From positions 2,990,213 to 3,054,212 of the forward strand of contig CM082589.2 in assembly GCA_040954595.2 (NCBI GenBank): a DNA stretch of 64,000 bases. The letters are read 5' to 3'. Under the pieces are notes generated by a model, which saw only the letters and a list, made by a program, of their open reading frames with translations, searched no databases and had not been told where the DNA came from. The first letter of the stretch is position 1. The number at the start of each line of letters is the position of its first letter. Below, piece after piece: positions 27,585-39,749 of the stretch. The DNA comes from Balanoglossus misakiensis. Lineage: Eukaryota; Animalia; Hemichordata. The translations under genes and the position numbers were made by a program.

Positions 27585-27990
27585 ATCTGGTTGCCCGGGT
27601 GTCTATAATACTATATACACAGTGGTGGCTGCAACGCCGGGCCGCGCTCGTCGCCGGCACAGGTTGTCTCGCTCATGTGCGTTCACTGCGCAAGGTGCCT
27701 CCCTCTTATAGGGTCTACATTTCCGACAGTTCTTTGTTATTCAATCGTTTTCCATTTGTTGTTATTGTTTACACTTTTATTATCAAGTTTGATCGTGGCG
27801 TGTGGCTGGCACGCGTCACTGTGTACACATCTCTCGCTGATTGGCCAAACCCTACAATGCAATCAACCAACAAAGGAAAACGCGGCATACGGGCAACCTC
27901 TTTACCTGCTCGGCTAAACAGCTGTTACCAGACCTCGTGCAGGAAAAAGTCCAGCGAGAGAAAAAACGAATTTTCCCCTTGTTATGTAAC
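27585..27990 (-). promoter_or_regulatory. Putative promoter of the SPSB3-like gene (TATA, CCAAT, PAR-bZIP D-box)
   Basis: On the - strand TATATAG lies at 27617-27611 (~130 bp upstream of the ATG). CTGATTGG (inverted CCAAT/NF-Y) is at ~27837-27844 and GTTATGTAAC (RTTAYGTAAY consensus) at 27981-27990. Confidence 0.5.
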
Positions 27991-30900
27991 AAAACGCAGT
28001 AATTAGCTGCGCAAATTTAGCATGTTCGAATGTAAAAACTCAAAAACAACGAAACTGTCCACAAAAGCGTGAATGTCATCGTCTGAAGGTCTGCATCCGT
28101 TCGTGAAACGTCGCAAGTCCGCGAACGAGGTCGCAGCAGGATGACGGCCTGTGAATCGGTCGCTAATAAGGGCTTTAGAAACCCAACAACTGAAAAACAA
28201 AAACTCGCGTGGCAGTCATAATTGAAATGCTAATTTCACGCCATAATCAACTAGCATAGAATGTCTTGCGCTTCACGTGGGTACACAATGACTGGGGCGC
28301 ATATTGGCCGCTGTCTTTCCCTGGCATAGGTTTGAGTTCCTTTAAATAAAACTTGAACACAGTAACTACAGTTAGGACGGACAGGTGCACGAGCGGTTCG
28401 GGATTTGCTTTGCTAACTATGTTTGTTTAGTGTAAAGTAAAACACTTAATAATTGGAGACCTTTGTTTCATATCTAGTTCCCCTTTTCTTCTGCGTTGCC
28501 CGCTATCAAATAAGATGCGAACCCCACTGGCCACAGGTGCGGCCTTGTGATTGGTCAGTATTCTTGGTAAGTTCAATTTCAAATCGGTCGCCGTTCAAAC
28601 CGGCACGGTTAGACTCTATGCATGCGCACAAAGCAGGAGCTAAGGGCTGCCTGTTATCATGGCTTGGATAATTTGTGTGATTTGTGATTTATTTTGAGCT
28701 TTATCCTTGAGTTTTGAACTGGGGGCATGTCCACCGTGACGAAATCGTTTTTATTGCCTTGTGCTCCAAGTGTCAGGGGTTGCTGCTACTACGGGCAACT
28801 CTCCTCTGTCATAAATAAACTTGAAGATGACCAGTGATATAATGACTGTGACCGGGTTATATATCATCGCTGGCTCGAGTCCCGCACCGATCACAGCGCG
28901 AATAAAATCCCACCATTCAAGTTAAGCCCACTCTGTGCGGCTTTTTCCTAATGGTAACATAATAGACCGAAAACACGGCAAGATTAAGAGGAGATTACAC
29001 GCCGTGCATGACTCGATGTAAACCCGAAGTTCTCAAGGAATCGTCTGGTCATTATACTCGTGGGAAGAATGACATGACAGTCATTCCCAACGTGTTCGAC
29101 ACACTTCAAAAAGAAGCCAGTACAAATGTTCCCTTGCGAGTGAAGGCTCCAGAACAGTTGCCTATAACCAGCGACGCGACTTCGACATTTTCTTTGTGCC
29201 ACGGACCTCTCCGGACACGCCAAGCAACTTGAAAAAAAACTTTCTTGTTAATTTATTCCACTTGTCTTGAAAAAGGAGGAGTCGTATTTCTTTAATCACC
29301 AGTTCTTTTCAGTCGTGGCACGTGCCAGTATTTGGAATGTCTTCACACCTTCTTGACTCGAGTCGGACTGCCGCTGGGTTTTTGTCCCTTCCTATGACGT
29401 CCGGCACGCTTCTCTGGTCGGACTGGCGATTTCGGACAAAAGACCGGGAATAGTTTACGTGATCGCCCAAAACGGACAGAATTAACCCGAATGAAAAATA
29501 TCACAGAGAAAAACCCACAGCTTAGAAGAGATGTATCGGTTTACATCTCAGGCTAAACTCTATTGTAAGTGCGCCTCTTCCATGAGTGCGAGGGACTCTC
29601 GACTCCACCTAATTTTGAGGCCACCATATTTTAACCGAAGTTCACAATCACAGAGTATCGTTTCGTCCTCGTCCGCGAAAATGAGAAAATGTCAGTTAGC
29701 GCAAAACGGAAGTATTCCTTGCACATTTCGAACTTTGGAAAAGTTATACATGCATGTCGTCTTGTCTCTTTTCATCAGGGGGGGGGGGGGGGTGAAATAA
29801 AAAGAACCTAGAAAGTATGATGCACTTGTCAAGGAAGCCAAACAAAGCCCGACCATTGTCTCCATTGGCTTCGTTGCCTGCAGCAATTACTTGGACAAAG
29901 ACACTTGACGATGCGATTTTTAAAAAAGGCTTATCAGTTTAGATCTTTACCGTTCTTGTGCTGGACAATATATTAACATCCGGTACCGGTTGTAAACGCG
30001 AATTTTCAAGCAACTTTCGCGTGTGGGAACGAAGCGCGTAAAGAGCGCATAATGGCGAACGGAACAAAGATATTGGTCCACACTTGAATGTTCTGTGGGT
30101 CGATCTGAAGTGGGTGTCTATGGCAAGCCGTTGAACTTGGCCATTGAAAATGCGCCCGTGCATTTGCTCGCCAGTGACACGTTTAAATTCAAGGCTTCTT
30201 TGCAGAAAGGGGGCAAATAACTATCACGTCTTAGAAAATTAAACGGTAAAGTCAGAAACTAAACGAATTTCTCGACCAAATCCGTTAAAATTATAATTAG
30301 CAGCTTGTAGTACTTGACGCGTCTTTTGTTTTACTCGTGACGTCTCAGCCAAACAGTAACACGCCTCTTCCACTTGTAATTAATAAATTCAGAGAGTCAT
30401 TTCATTTAATTACAACGCCTGTCAATCTTCCCGATCCTTTGTTAGGGGTATAGGCTAGATGCAAGTGAAGATTTCAGGGTCTCCGAGTCCGTCGTGGCTC
30501 GGTGCTTCAGGTCGGATGCGCTTCGCTGTTACGTCACGGTCACTACACAACCGTCAAAGAATGTAAAGTGGGGATCAGACGTCTAGACCCACAGTAAGGC
30601 TGATCAGTCAAAAATCACGGCGAAATCACCAGCTTACAGAATACAATGAAATTGCGACCTCCGTCGAGAACTGAATATAGAGAAATATCATTTAGGATAA
30701 TCTTTATGATATTAATCCAATAAGACCATATTGGTCGCAATGAATAAAGTGGAATTTCTTAGTATCTCAGTGATATAATCATTTACACTTGACACGAAGG
30801 CTCAGGATAATCCTTCCGTTTCCACAAAGCGGTCAAGAGAAAGGCTGAGACGTTGTCCGAGAAACATGGCCAAACTTGACCGCGTGAAGACAACAGCCGG

Positions 30901-33900
30901 GCACGGAGAACAGAGGGACGGAGAAACAAGAAAGGACAAAGGACTTGTCTCAGTGCCAAGGGAAACGGAAGTGTTGTCTTTTGAGAACTCGGAAGCTCCG
31001 TCGTGTCTTTGTATCTTGGTGGACGGTGTTTGTGCGGAAGGTTGCCGATAAGAAACGCCGGAACAGCAAGGAATGACGTGCAGGCAGCGACATGCCCTGT
31101 GTCAGTGCTTGTAAGGCGCATCTATCCATAATTAAAACATATAAACTCGTTCATGGAATCTGAACGCCATGGTACTATAGCCCCCCCCCCCCAGCCACGG
31201 CCGTGGTGAGGGGGTGGGGTGTGTCATTACCATCACTACGAATTATAGGCCTGATTGTGGCCGGGGCATAAACGCCCGTGTGTACATTAGTTAGTGACCC
31301 AATCAGTCCTTCACAACTTTAACGACATTCTCGTTCAACTGAAAGAAAATTGTGTTTTTTTTTATATTTAATTTGTTATAAAGAATTATTATCGCTGACA
31401 GTTTTGGTACAAGAGAAGTCCTTGAGTTGGCCTTTTACCCTAACCGTAACCACAGAGCACAGGGCCAGTGCATGCATTGTGTCCTCTGCGCGACCGACAC
31501 CACGGGGAACCGGTGGCAACAATCACAGCCCAGTGGGAAGTAACAGATGGGTGGCTAAAGTACGGTTATCAGAGCCGAAGTCCTCAAACCACACAAGTGA
31601 AGCACTTGCTTGAAAACTATCCATAATCACGGCCTATTCATTGACCATGGATTTCTGTGACGTACACTGGCAACGTGTTCTAGCTGCCAAAGCCAACGCC
31701 TACCAACATTTCTAAATGAACAACAGGCAGCTATGAAGCCAGAATGAAACTTAAACTCTCTCTCTCCTTCACGTTTACTGACGACACGAACCACTCCACA
31801 TTTTGTGGACTGACCATGCTTAGATTCACGAATCCGACTTGATTATAAGTAGGCCAAGCTTTGACTCTCTATACTGGTTTGTTTCATACATATTTACGGA
31901 AAGCATTTGCGCACCAAAAGCACAGTACATTATAGTCAATCCACACACACACATGTATATCGATCGGACATGGTCAGTGTTTCACGACGTACAATGGAGC
32001 AAGGCGGCATTGTTGCCTTGGCCTTTGTGAGTGGCCGGTGCTTCTTGTCTTTACAATTAAAGTTTTCGAGCCGGGCATAATTACCACCAGCGCTTTTGTC
32101 CCCGTGAATAATCAAACGTCGAGAACCCTACAAGATGGGGGCCTTGTTGGCCTTTGTTTCAAAACTGACAATGTGTTCAGACGCGTTTGGCCCATCTGTC
32201 CCTTTAAAGATGGCGGCGACCTCGAATGCCGTCTTGAAGTTTTGTTCTGCAAGTCGCTAAGCCGTGGATTCATTTCGAGTAACGAAAGATGTAAGATTTT
32301 CAAAGGAAACGACTTCAAAAACTAGGAGTTAGACGAGAAAAAAAATCGAAGAAGTTTACTTCGAAGAAATGAACTTGAATCCGCCAGGTCGCTGTGCCTA
32401 CGCAACGGGAGAGATTTCGTCACAACAAAGAGAGAAAAAACTTCGCAAGAAAGCTATCACCATGGAAAACCATGAGCGTATCTGCGCAATATTCAGCCAT
32501 CCGGCGTTCTAATCATTAGTCACTGAACCTCGACAGGCAACATAAATATCCTGCATTTTTATGAATGGTTATTTTGTGGGACGGTGTGAGAAAGTCCGAG
32601 CCGATCAGACAGTTGCCTGTCACGGTATTGGTCACATGATGCGACATTCAGCGGAGAGAGAGAGAAGTCCACAAAAACTGTGTGGTCCCTATATTCCCGA
32701 AATTCCCATGACTATCTGGTTTCCGATCGCAGAACCAAAGCACAGGCCACGTGTGTAGGGACCATGCACATGCCTACATGAATATGTAGAATTACAGATA
32801 TGACAAATTTATGTTCTGTAATATGCGTTCATAAAAGGATAGATTTCTCTAAAATTCGGCCACGTGACCTACTCTAAATTTCAAGCGCCACATCACTGAA
32901 TATGCTAATTTTACCCCTATTTGAATTTTCGGAAGGCAGTGTCCTTTGGGACCAAAGTGAAGATTTTCTTAAATCAATGTATTCGACTCTTTTGTTTCCG
33001 AAGGCCACTCTTGATAAATATTGATTTGGTGTTGACAGAAGGTCTTTTGTTGACCCATGAATAAATTGAGGAACACAACATTTAGAAATGTCCCAAGCGA
33101 TGTGCTTACTCGTATTGTGGACAATAGACATCACAGATTACTGACATGCGCAATAGCGCGCAGCTTGTACAAATGTACACCGATGTCATGGAAACGGTCC
33201 CATTCAACAGGTGGTTCAGCCTCGTTCCGGTCGTAATTTGTCCTACGTATATTTCAGTTTGCGACGGCAGGAATCTTAGTGTACATGAGGCACAATTCTT
33301 CATTTTTATAGGGTTCTGGGAACATTAAAATTATTTCATTCGTCTAGAAATTCGTTTTTCATTTCGCAAGAGTTTTTAAAGTATTCTGAACTACATATTC
33401 TTGCGACATTCCATGCCGTCTTCACCAAGATGATAGGACACGATCTGCCTGGTAACTCAAACGTATGTAGTCTGACAGTGTCAATATTGGCCTTCGTCAG
33501 GATGCATGCGACGTCGTCCTTGATTTGTTTATTGAGACACCGTGATTTGGACAGGCGTTCTCAAGTGCCGCCTGCTCTCGGCAAAGTTGTCAGTGATTCT
33601 GCGGTTGATATTGATTTTGCGTTTGAAGATTGAGGGGAGTATCTGCTATATTTACTTTCTGTGTCTGCATCGGTTACGCGTGTTCGCCTCAGCGATGACG
33701 TTCGTCTGTTGTACCTTTCCCTCTGACCACAGTCTCTGACTGCCTGACTGTCAGTATGTATGTCTGCCCGACCCTTTCTCAATCCTATTTTTTATTTGTA
33801 AAATTGGGCCAGTAATCCCAGAAGTAGTGCAATACTGGGCAGACCCTACCAGTCAGTGGAGAAGCAAGCTTCTACACCGTAACCGGCCACGGACAAAAAT

Positions 33901-35248
33901 TCAGGTAACAGATATGTGTTGCCGTGGCAACACCGGCAGCTGTTACGCTGACCGAGAACGGATACTACATCACGATCTGAGCCCGTAGGCCCGTGAAACG
34001 CTACTGCCACTGAAGATCTCGCCTCCTTTTATACCAGAGCACTAAGACCTTACCTGGCAGTTGTGAACGGCAGTTCTGTCCACGTCCACAGCACGTATTG
34101 ATGAGTCATCACGACACGAGTTGCTGGTACAGCAGTCTGCAATACATAATGTGATAAATATACGGGTACTATTGACAGACGTAAGTGTGATGTTTTGTGG
34201 CCGCTCTCAAGTACTTGACACCGTTATCAACATTGGATTGTGCAATATCTACATTTTGCTCGCAGTTATACTGGTGCTGCAGACGTTTCTACCGGGTTTG
34301 TCTGCAGGTGCTTGTTCGTTAAAAAAACAGAGTAAATATTTGACTTCAGATAAGACAATATTGAGCTAAAAAACGGAAGGCCGAAATTTAAAGGAATTAA
34401 TATATATGGATATATGATTTATACTTGTCCAATGCATATCATGTGTATTAAAATCTCTGAGAGTGACAATCGACTGTGCTCTGTCAAGGGAATGAAGTAC
34501 ACAGTCGCGGCGTGTCGTGACTCATGTAGTTCATTGCATTGTATTGTGTAATTATATACCGGCTGTTGCACCAACTCAGAACAATTCGACCGAGCGCATC
34601 AACCACTGGCTGAAACACAGACTTGCAGTGTGCAAGTGTACAAATTAGTGCGATAATTTGACCTGTAGGTGACTGGAGCGGCTGAGTTTCTATTAACAAC
34701 GTCGGCGCGGCGTTGCCTGATCACTCACGTAGCCGCATAAATAAAAACAACAGTTTTAGCTAACCGTCGGTAGAGGGTGTCTACACCCATGTATGGCAAT
34801 GGGTCAATGGGGCCAATGACGTCAAACTCAGTGAAACTTCCGGCTTTCTCGATAGAAGGCTATCGTATCCGTGATTAAAGTACCGTACGACTGTATTTTG
34901 TACTATTTTATGAACGATGACAACTTCAGTCGAAATGGCAAGCACAGATCCCCTCCCACGCCTGTTTCCGGTTGGTTTTGTGCATATGCATGTACGACTC
35001 TGGAATCTCTTTCTGAGAAGTGCTTATACGCAGTCACTCAGAACTTTTCACCAGATATAAATAAACTATCCGAATTACATTTCACTTATATTGAGCGACA
35101 ATCAGTTTTACTTAGACGCTTGCGAGAAACTAGTTAACAAAGAAGACAAAACGTGTGTAATAGTCACGACACAGAACTGACCAAAACCTTCTCATTCAAG
35201 ATCTGCTAATTCTTTGCAGAGGGAAACGGAACAGACAACATTATTTTA

Positions 35249-38200
35249 ATGTGTAGACGTAAACCGATAGCCACAGAGATGGGCTCCTTGGCTGTAGACA
35301 GCGGCATTGACGAGTCTGACGCCTTGCGGAACACTATTTCCGACAAATTGTTGAGTACGTTGGAGTGTCCCGACAGCGGAGATCCAGAGATGATAAAAAT
35401 GGAAGGAACACAGCGCACACAAAACCATCTTGGGTAAGTTTGTTTTCTGTGTTAGTAGAATTGTCATTTGTGAATGGTCAGTATGTTTTCCATTCAATAG
35501 CCCGTTTATATTTGGAATGGGGACAATGCCTTTTCACTCCGATCCAGTTCAGTGCTTAAGTACTTTAATGCATTACAAATTTAAAGATCTCCAGCTATCA
35601 AGAATTGTCTTACAGGACTTACAACTACAACACCGTGGAAATTTGACTCAAGGATGTGCGTGCTTTTTGGGCACAGTTTTTTGGCCCCCAAAAAGCACGC
35701 ACCCATTTGAGTCTTTCCACGGTGCTTTTGGGGGGCCAAAGAACTGGGCCCAAAAAGCACGCACATCCTTGAGTCAAATTTCCACGGTGCTCATGAAAAT
35801 CATCAAAAAATGACAATTTTTCGACTTTGCAAATTCTGAAAATTTCGTGGATTTTTGAAAAAAATCATGGGTTATAGCTCATGAAAATCATCAAAAATGA
35901 CAATTTCCACTGTGCTTTTTAGGGGCCAACAAACGGTGCTTTTTGGGCACACTTTTTCGGCCCTCAAAAAGCACGCTGAAAAAATAAAGATATTTCGCTG
36001 GAATGGTGCGTGCTTTTTGGGCACACTTTTTTGGCCCCTAAAAAGCACAGTGGAAATTGTCATTTTTTGATGATTTTCATGAGCACCGTGGAAATTTGAC
36101 TCAAGGATGTGCGTGCTTTTTGGGCCCAGTTTTTTGGCCCCTAAAAAGCACAGTGGAAAGACTCAAATGGGTGCGTGCTTTTGGGGGGCCAAAAAACTGT
36201 GCCCAAAAAGCACGCACCACCTTGAGTCAAATTTCCACGGTGCTTTTATCAAAAGTAAAGAATTTTTGAAAATTTTCTAAGTCGAAAAATTATTAATTTT
36301 TGATGATTTTCATGAGCTATAAACCATGATTTTTTCAAAAATCGACGAAATTCCTTTCCTTATATACATTGCATGCAGCAAAGTTCGTCAACTTCGGACA
36401 ATATCCGTTAAAGCTCATAATAGGATTTATCTTACAACATACAACCATACCAATTATTTTAATTAATGTTGATGGCTATAAATCATGCAAGCCAATTAAT
36501 GGAAGATTAACGTCCTATTTAGATGACAAATTCCCAAACTGCAATATCAGAAAATTTAATGACAAAGTGTTGAAACGCTAATTGTGAAACAGGATACTAA
36601 ACAGTGTCGTGTGACCATGAGGTCAATACGCATTACAAACTAGATTACCTCAGTTAATACATACATGTGGGTGTGTCAGGTTGTTGACTGGTTGTTCGTT
36701 CACATTTATATACCGTACGTGTACGCGAGTCTCTATGGTAATGCAGTGACTGTTGCCGTAAAGGGGAACGTCGCTTGCGACGATGACGTGTATACACCGT
36801 CATTAATAAGCTGCCCGTTTTAGGGAAACGTTGCAAGGCATCTTTTTATCAATTTTATTTTTTCCACTTTGTACCTTTCAATGGAAAATGTGGTATATTA
36901 ATTCTAACAACTGTGGAATTTATGACTTGGTGCCTTCAACTTTTTCAAAGTTTCAGACAACACAATCATTTCTAAGCACAGACCAGTAACTGTTGTGTAA
37001 TCTATTATTGCATACAAGTATCATGCATGTTTGTTTAGTTATGGTTAAAGGTGACCTCTTGTTCACTGAAAGTAAATAAAAATATGCCTACCCAGTTGGG
37101 AAAATAATTAATTTTGCTCGATGCTGTCAACATTTTGTCAGATGAGACAATGTTGACGTATCACATGATTACAGGTTTATATATAGTCACATTCAGCTGG
37201 CAACTATGTTCATTTCCTGATTGCTACACTCCCCTTTTGCATAAATCTGTTCTTGGTTGGTAAAGAGAGCTAGCAGAGGTATGAATTTTCACTTTGGGGG
37301 AAAAATTCATGTCATTGTTCATTTTCTACAACAATTTTGTGTTGATTTAAGCTCTTCTCTTCCTGATCAATGCTGTGTTATTTTTGCTTTGCCTTTAAGA
37401 ATTCTATCATGATAATAAATAATTTTTGCTATGTTTTTTTTCTTCAGTTTTTGGCTAACCCAGCAAGACTTTATTCCAAGTAGACCACCGACATACACAA
37501 TGAGTAGGATTCCAGATGTGTGTAAGGTTGCAGGTGACGGAGAAGGGCTTCATCGGAGAACCGACCGATACTTGAACATTTCAAATATGTCCATAGAAGG
37601 TGAGTTAAATGGAAAATTTGTGCAAATTATTTTCTCTGGTACAAATCTGCACCATGAGGTTTTGAAAGTGTCTTTTCAATGACAGAATTGTGAAAGGCCA
37701 TAAAATTATATGTTTTCCTCGCAGAACTTCAACAGGAGATCAAAGACACCTTGGTTCCCCTGGTCACAGAAACTGACAGCTCGACGTGGAGGGAATGTCT
37801 GATTCACCTTGTGCAGTTTTCGCTCAGAGACCGACTCACAGCCATTGTGAAATACTTCCAACACCTGGTGAGTAAAACTTGGCAGAAATCCGCCATCTTG
37901 AAAATTCTGTCGTGATTTTGATCACTCACCTAGGTAGCAAAAACCTCAGTTGCGATTTTGATCACTCACCTAGGTAGCAAAAACCTATTTAAGGAAGTGA
38001 ATACACCACTGAAATCAATCTTGTATTCGAATTCATTTTCATTTTCATTCTAATTTTAGTATTTGTATTCACTGTTAGATTTCGACAGCCATACATGTAC
38101 ACAATGTGGATCCCACGAAAAAACATGAGATTCCACTGGACTCCCTAGACATGGCCAAACCTGCAAGTTTGAGCTCAGAGCAGTGGAGGAAATTTGTCCT

Positions 38201-39404
38201 TGCGCTGAATCTCGACATTGAAGAGCCTGATTCGCTACTGGATTTGAAGTACACATCAGTGATTGTGCCCCAAGATGTCAATCTGCCTGCCTTGGAGGGA
38301 TTTTTGTTTGTCTTACAGGCACTTATAGGTGAGAAAAGTGAAACACTCTTAGAATTAAACCGTGTAAAAAGCAGGAACTGAAGTTCTCAGATGGCTGATT
38401 TGAGACATTTCTCAGAGTTTTGTTGGTGGCGCTGTTGCACCCCCCCCCCCCCACACTGCCCCTGTACATTTCAATTATCATAAACGCGGTCCATTTCCAT
38501 ATTGTGTAGTTGTGCATACAATACACAGGTCACTAGACGGTCTTTGGTGGTTGTTCTCTCTGTCTGGGGTTTCAGGAAATGACTTTCCTCTCACATCAGA
38601 GGAACAGGAAATGTATCAAGTTCTTTACAGGAAGAGACTTGAGTACAGCCATTTCCTATTTGAGGCTTTGTAGAAAAAAAATGATTTCCTACAAGTTATA
38701 CATTAGGCTACAAAAAGGTTTACAAATGAATTGCTGGGGATTGCAATTTCAACTAACCAACTCAAAATCCATTTACAATTCAGGTATTTTTAAAAAATAT
38801 AACTAGTAACCTTTGTTTAAATTGTTTATTTTTGTTTGACAGACTTGGGCAGTGGTAAACCACAGGTTTTGTGTCAGTTAAGCTCAGAAGAAGGAAGAAA
38901 TATTTACAGCTTAGTAAGTGCCAATTATTGTATCACCAATACATAACCTCACGGGTCACTCCTAAAAACAAAGTAACTCATTTAAGACCGTAGGTGGCGC
39001 TATGCCATAACTTGACATTGGTACCTCCTTGCTAACATTGATCTGATTTTAACAATTTGTGGATGAAATGTTAATCAGTCTTTTTGCTAACTATAGTAAA
39101 TTTTATGTTAGCTGCGTTTGCGTATTTTTAAATTCTAATTTTTGTTGCTGTAATTTTTCCGTTTTTTCTTCGACAGTTGCGAGAAGTCTTGTCAAATCGA
39201 ATCATCGAGCTGACCTATAAACATCCCATATTACTGCCGGTGTGGGTGAAATACACCAGGAGTCGAGACTTCCTGGAGTCTCTTGGAGTGAAACAACAGA
39301 AAATACATGGACTGAAAATTGCCGCATTTCCGTCAGAAGGAGACAACTACAAAACACTTCAACTGGCCTATTTTCTAACAGCAGCTCTGTTTGTTGAGTT
39401 CTAA
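35249..39404 (+). CDS. Uncharacterised 6-exon protein, ~342 aa
   Basis: Exons 35249-35433, 37448-37599, 37725-37867, 38079-38328, 38843-38913, 39177-39404. All introns are GT-AG, with compatible phases (2,1,0,1,0); 1029 nt open to TAA. The start may be ATG 35249 or 35279, or further upstream via an acceptor at 35219. Confidence 0.8.
35631..36352. repeat. Composite nested-palindrome (foldback) element containing diverged 88-bp satellite monomers
   Basis: 35631-~35818 is the near-perfect reverse complement of ~36055-36242. Each arm holds a 159-bp hairpin with ~42-bp terminal inverted repeats CACCGTGGAAATTTGACTCAAGGATGTGCGTGCTTTTTGGGC. Satellite-like tracts lie at 35790-35906 (-), 36055-36084 (+) and 36244-36352 (+). 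Confidence 0.9.
37914..37986. repeat. Local tandem duplication (40-bp period) in an intron
   Basis: GATTTTGATCACTCACCTAGGTAGCAAAAACCT occurs at 37914-37946 and 37954-37986. Confidence 0.9.
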
Positions 39405-39727
39405 CATTAAGGAAGCAGAACACAATTGTTTATCAGCTCTGTAAATTCATCATATTGTTGTTTTTAATTGTTAATTTTTGAATTCTTTCTTTTTATTTGG
39501 ATATACGGGAATTAGAACTGACAACTCCAATTAACTTACTATTCAGGATCCATTTATAGCTTTATTTGACCAAAATTAAAGATATGCAATCATAACCCAG
39601 GTGTAACCCAACATTTTCCATCAAATCAAGACATAAAAAATATGTTTGTTTCTGGAAATAATGTATTATTACAATGAACATAGATTCAACAATTTAGTAA
39701 TGGACATTTACTAAAAAAAATGCAGAG

Positions 39728-39749
39728 TATATATATATATATATATATA
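39728..39749. repeat. (TA)n microsatellite
   Basis: About 11 TA units. Confidence 0.9.

Noticed and set aside
29008-31051. Small + strand ORFs (74 aa at 29008; 61 aa at 30866 with good Kozak context)
   Set aside because: No homology recognised and no supporting gene structure; lengths are expected by chance.
35430-36269. Twin ORFs MSFFDDFHEHRGNLTQG... on opposite strands
   Set aside because: They are a consequence of the inverted repeat and start at non-ATG codons; not genes.
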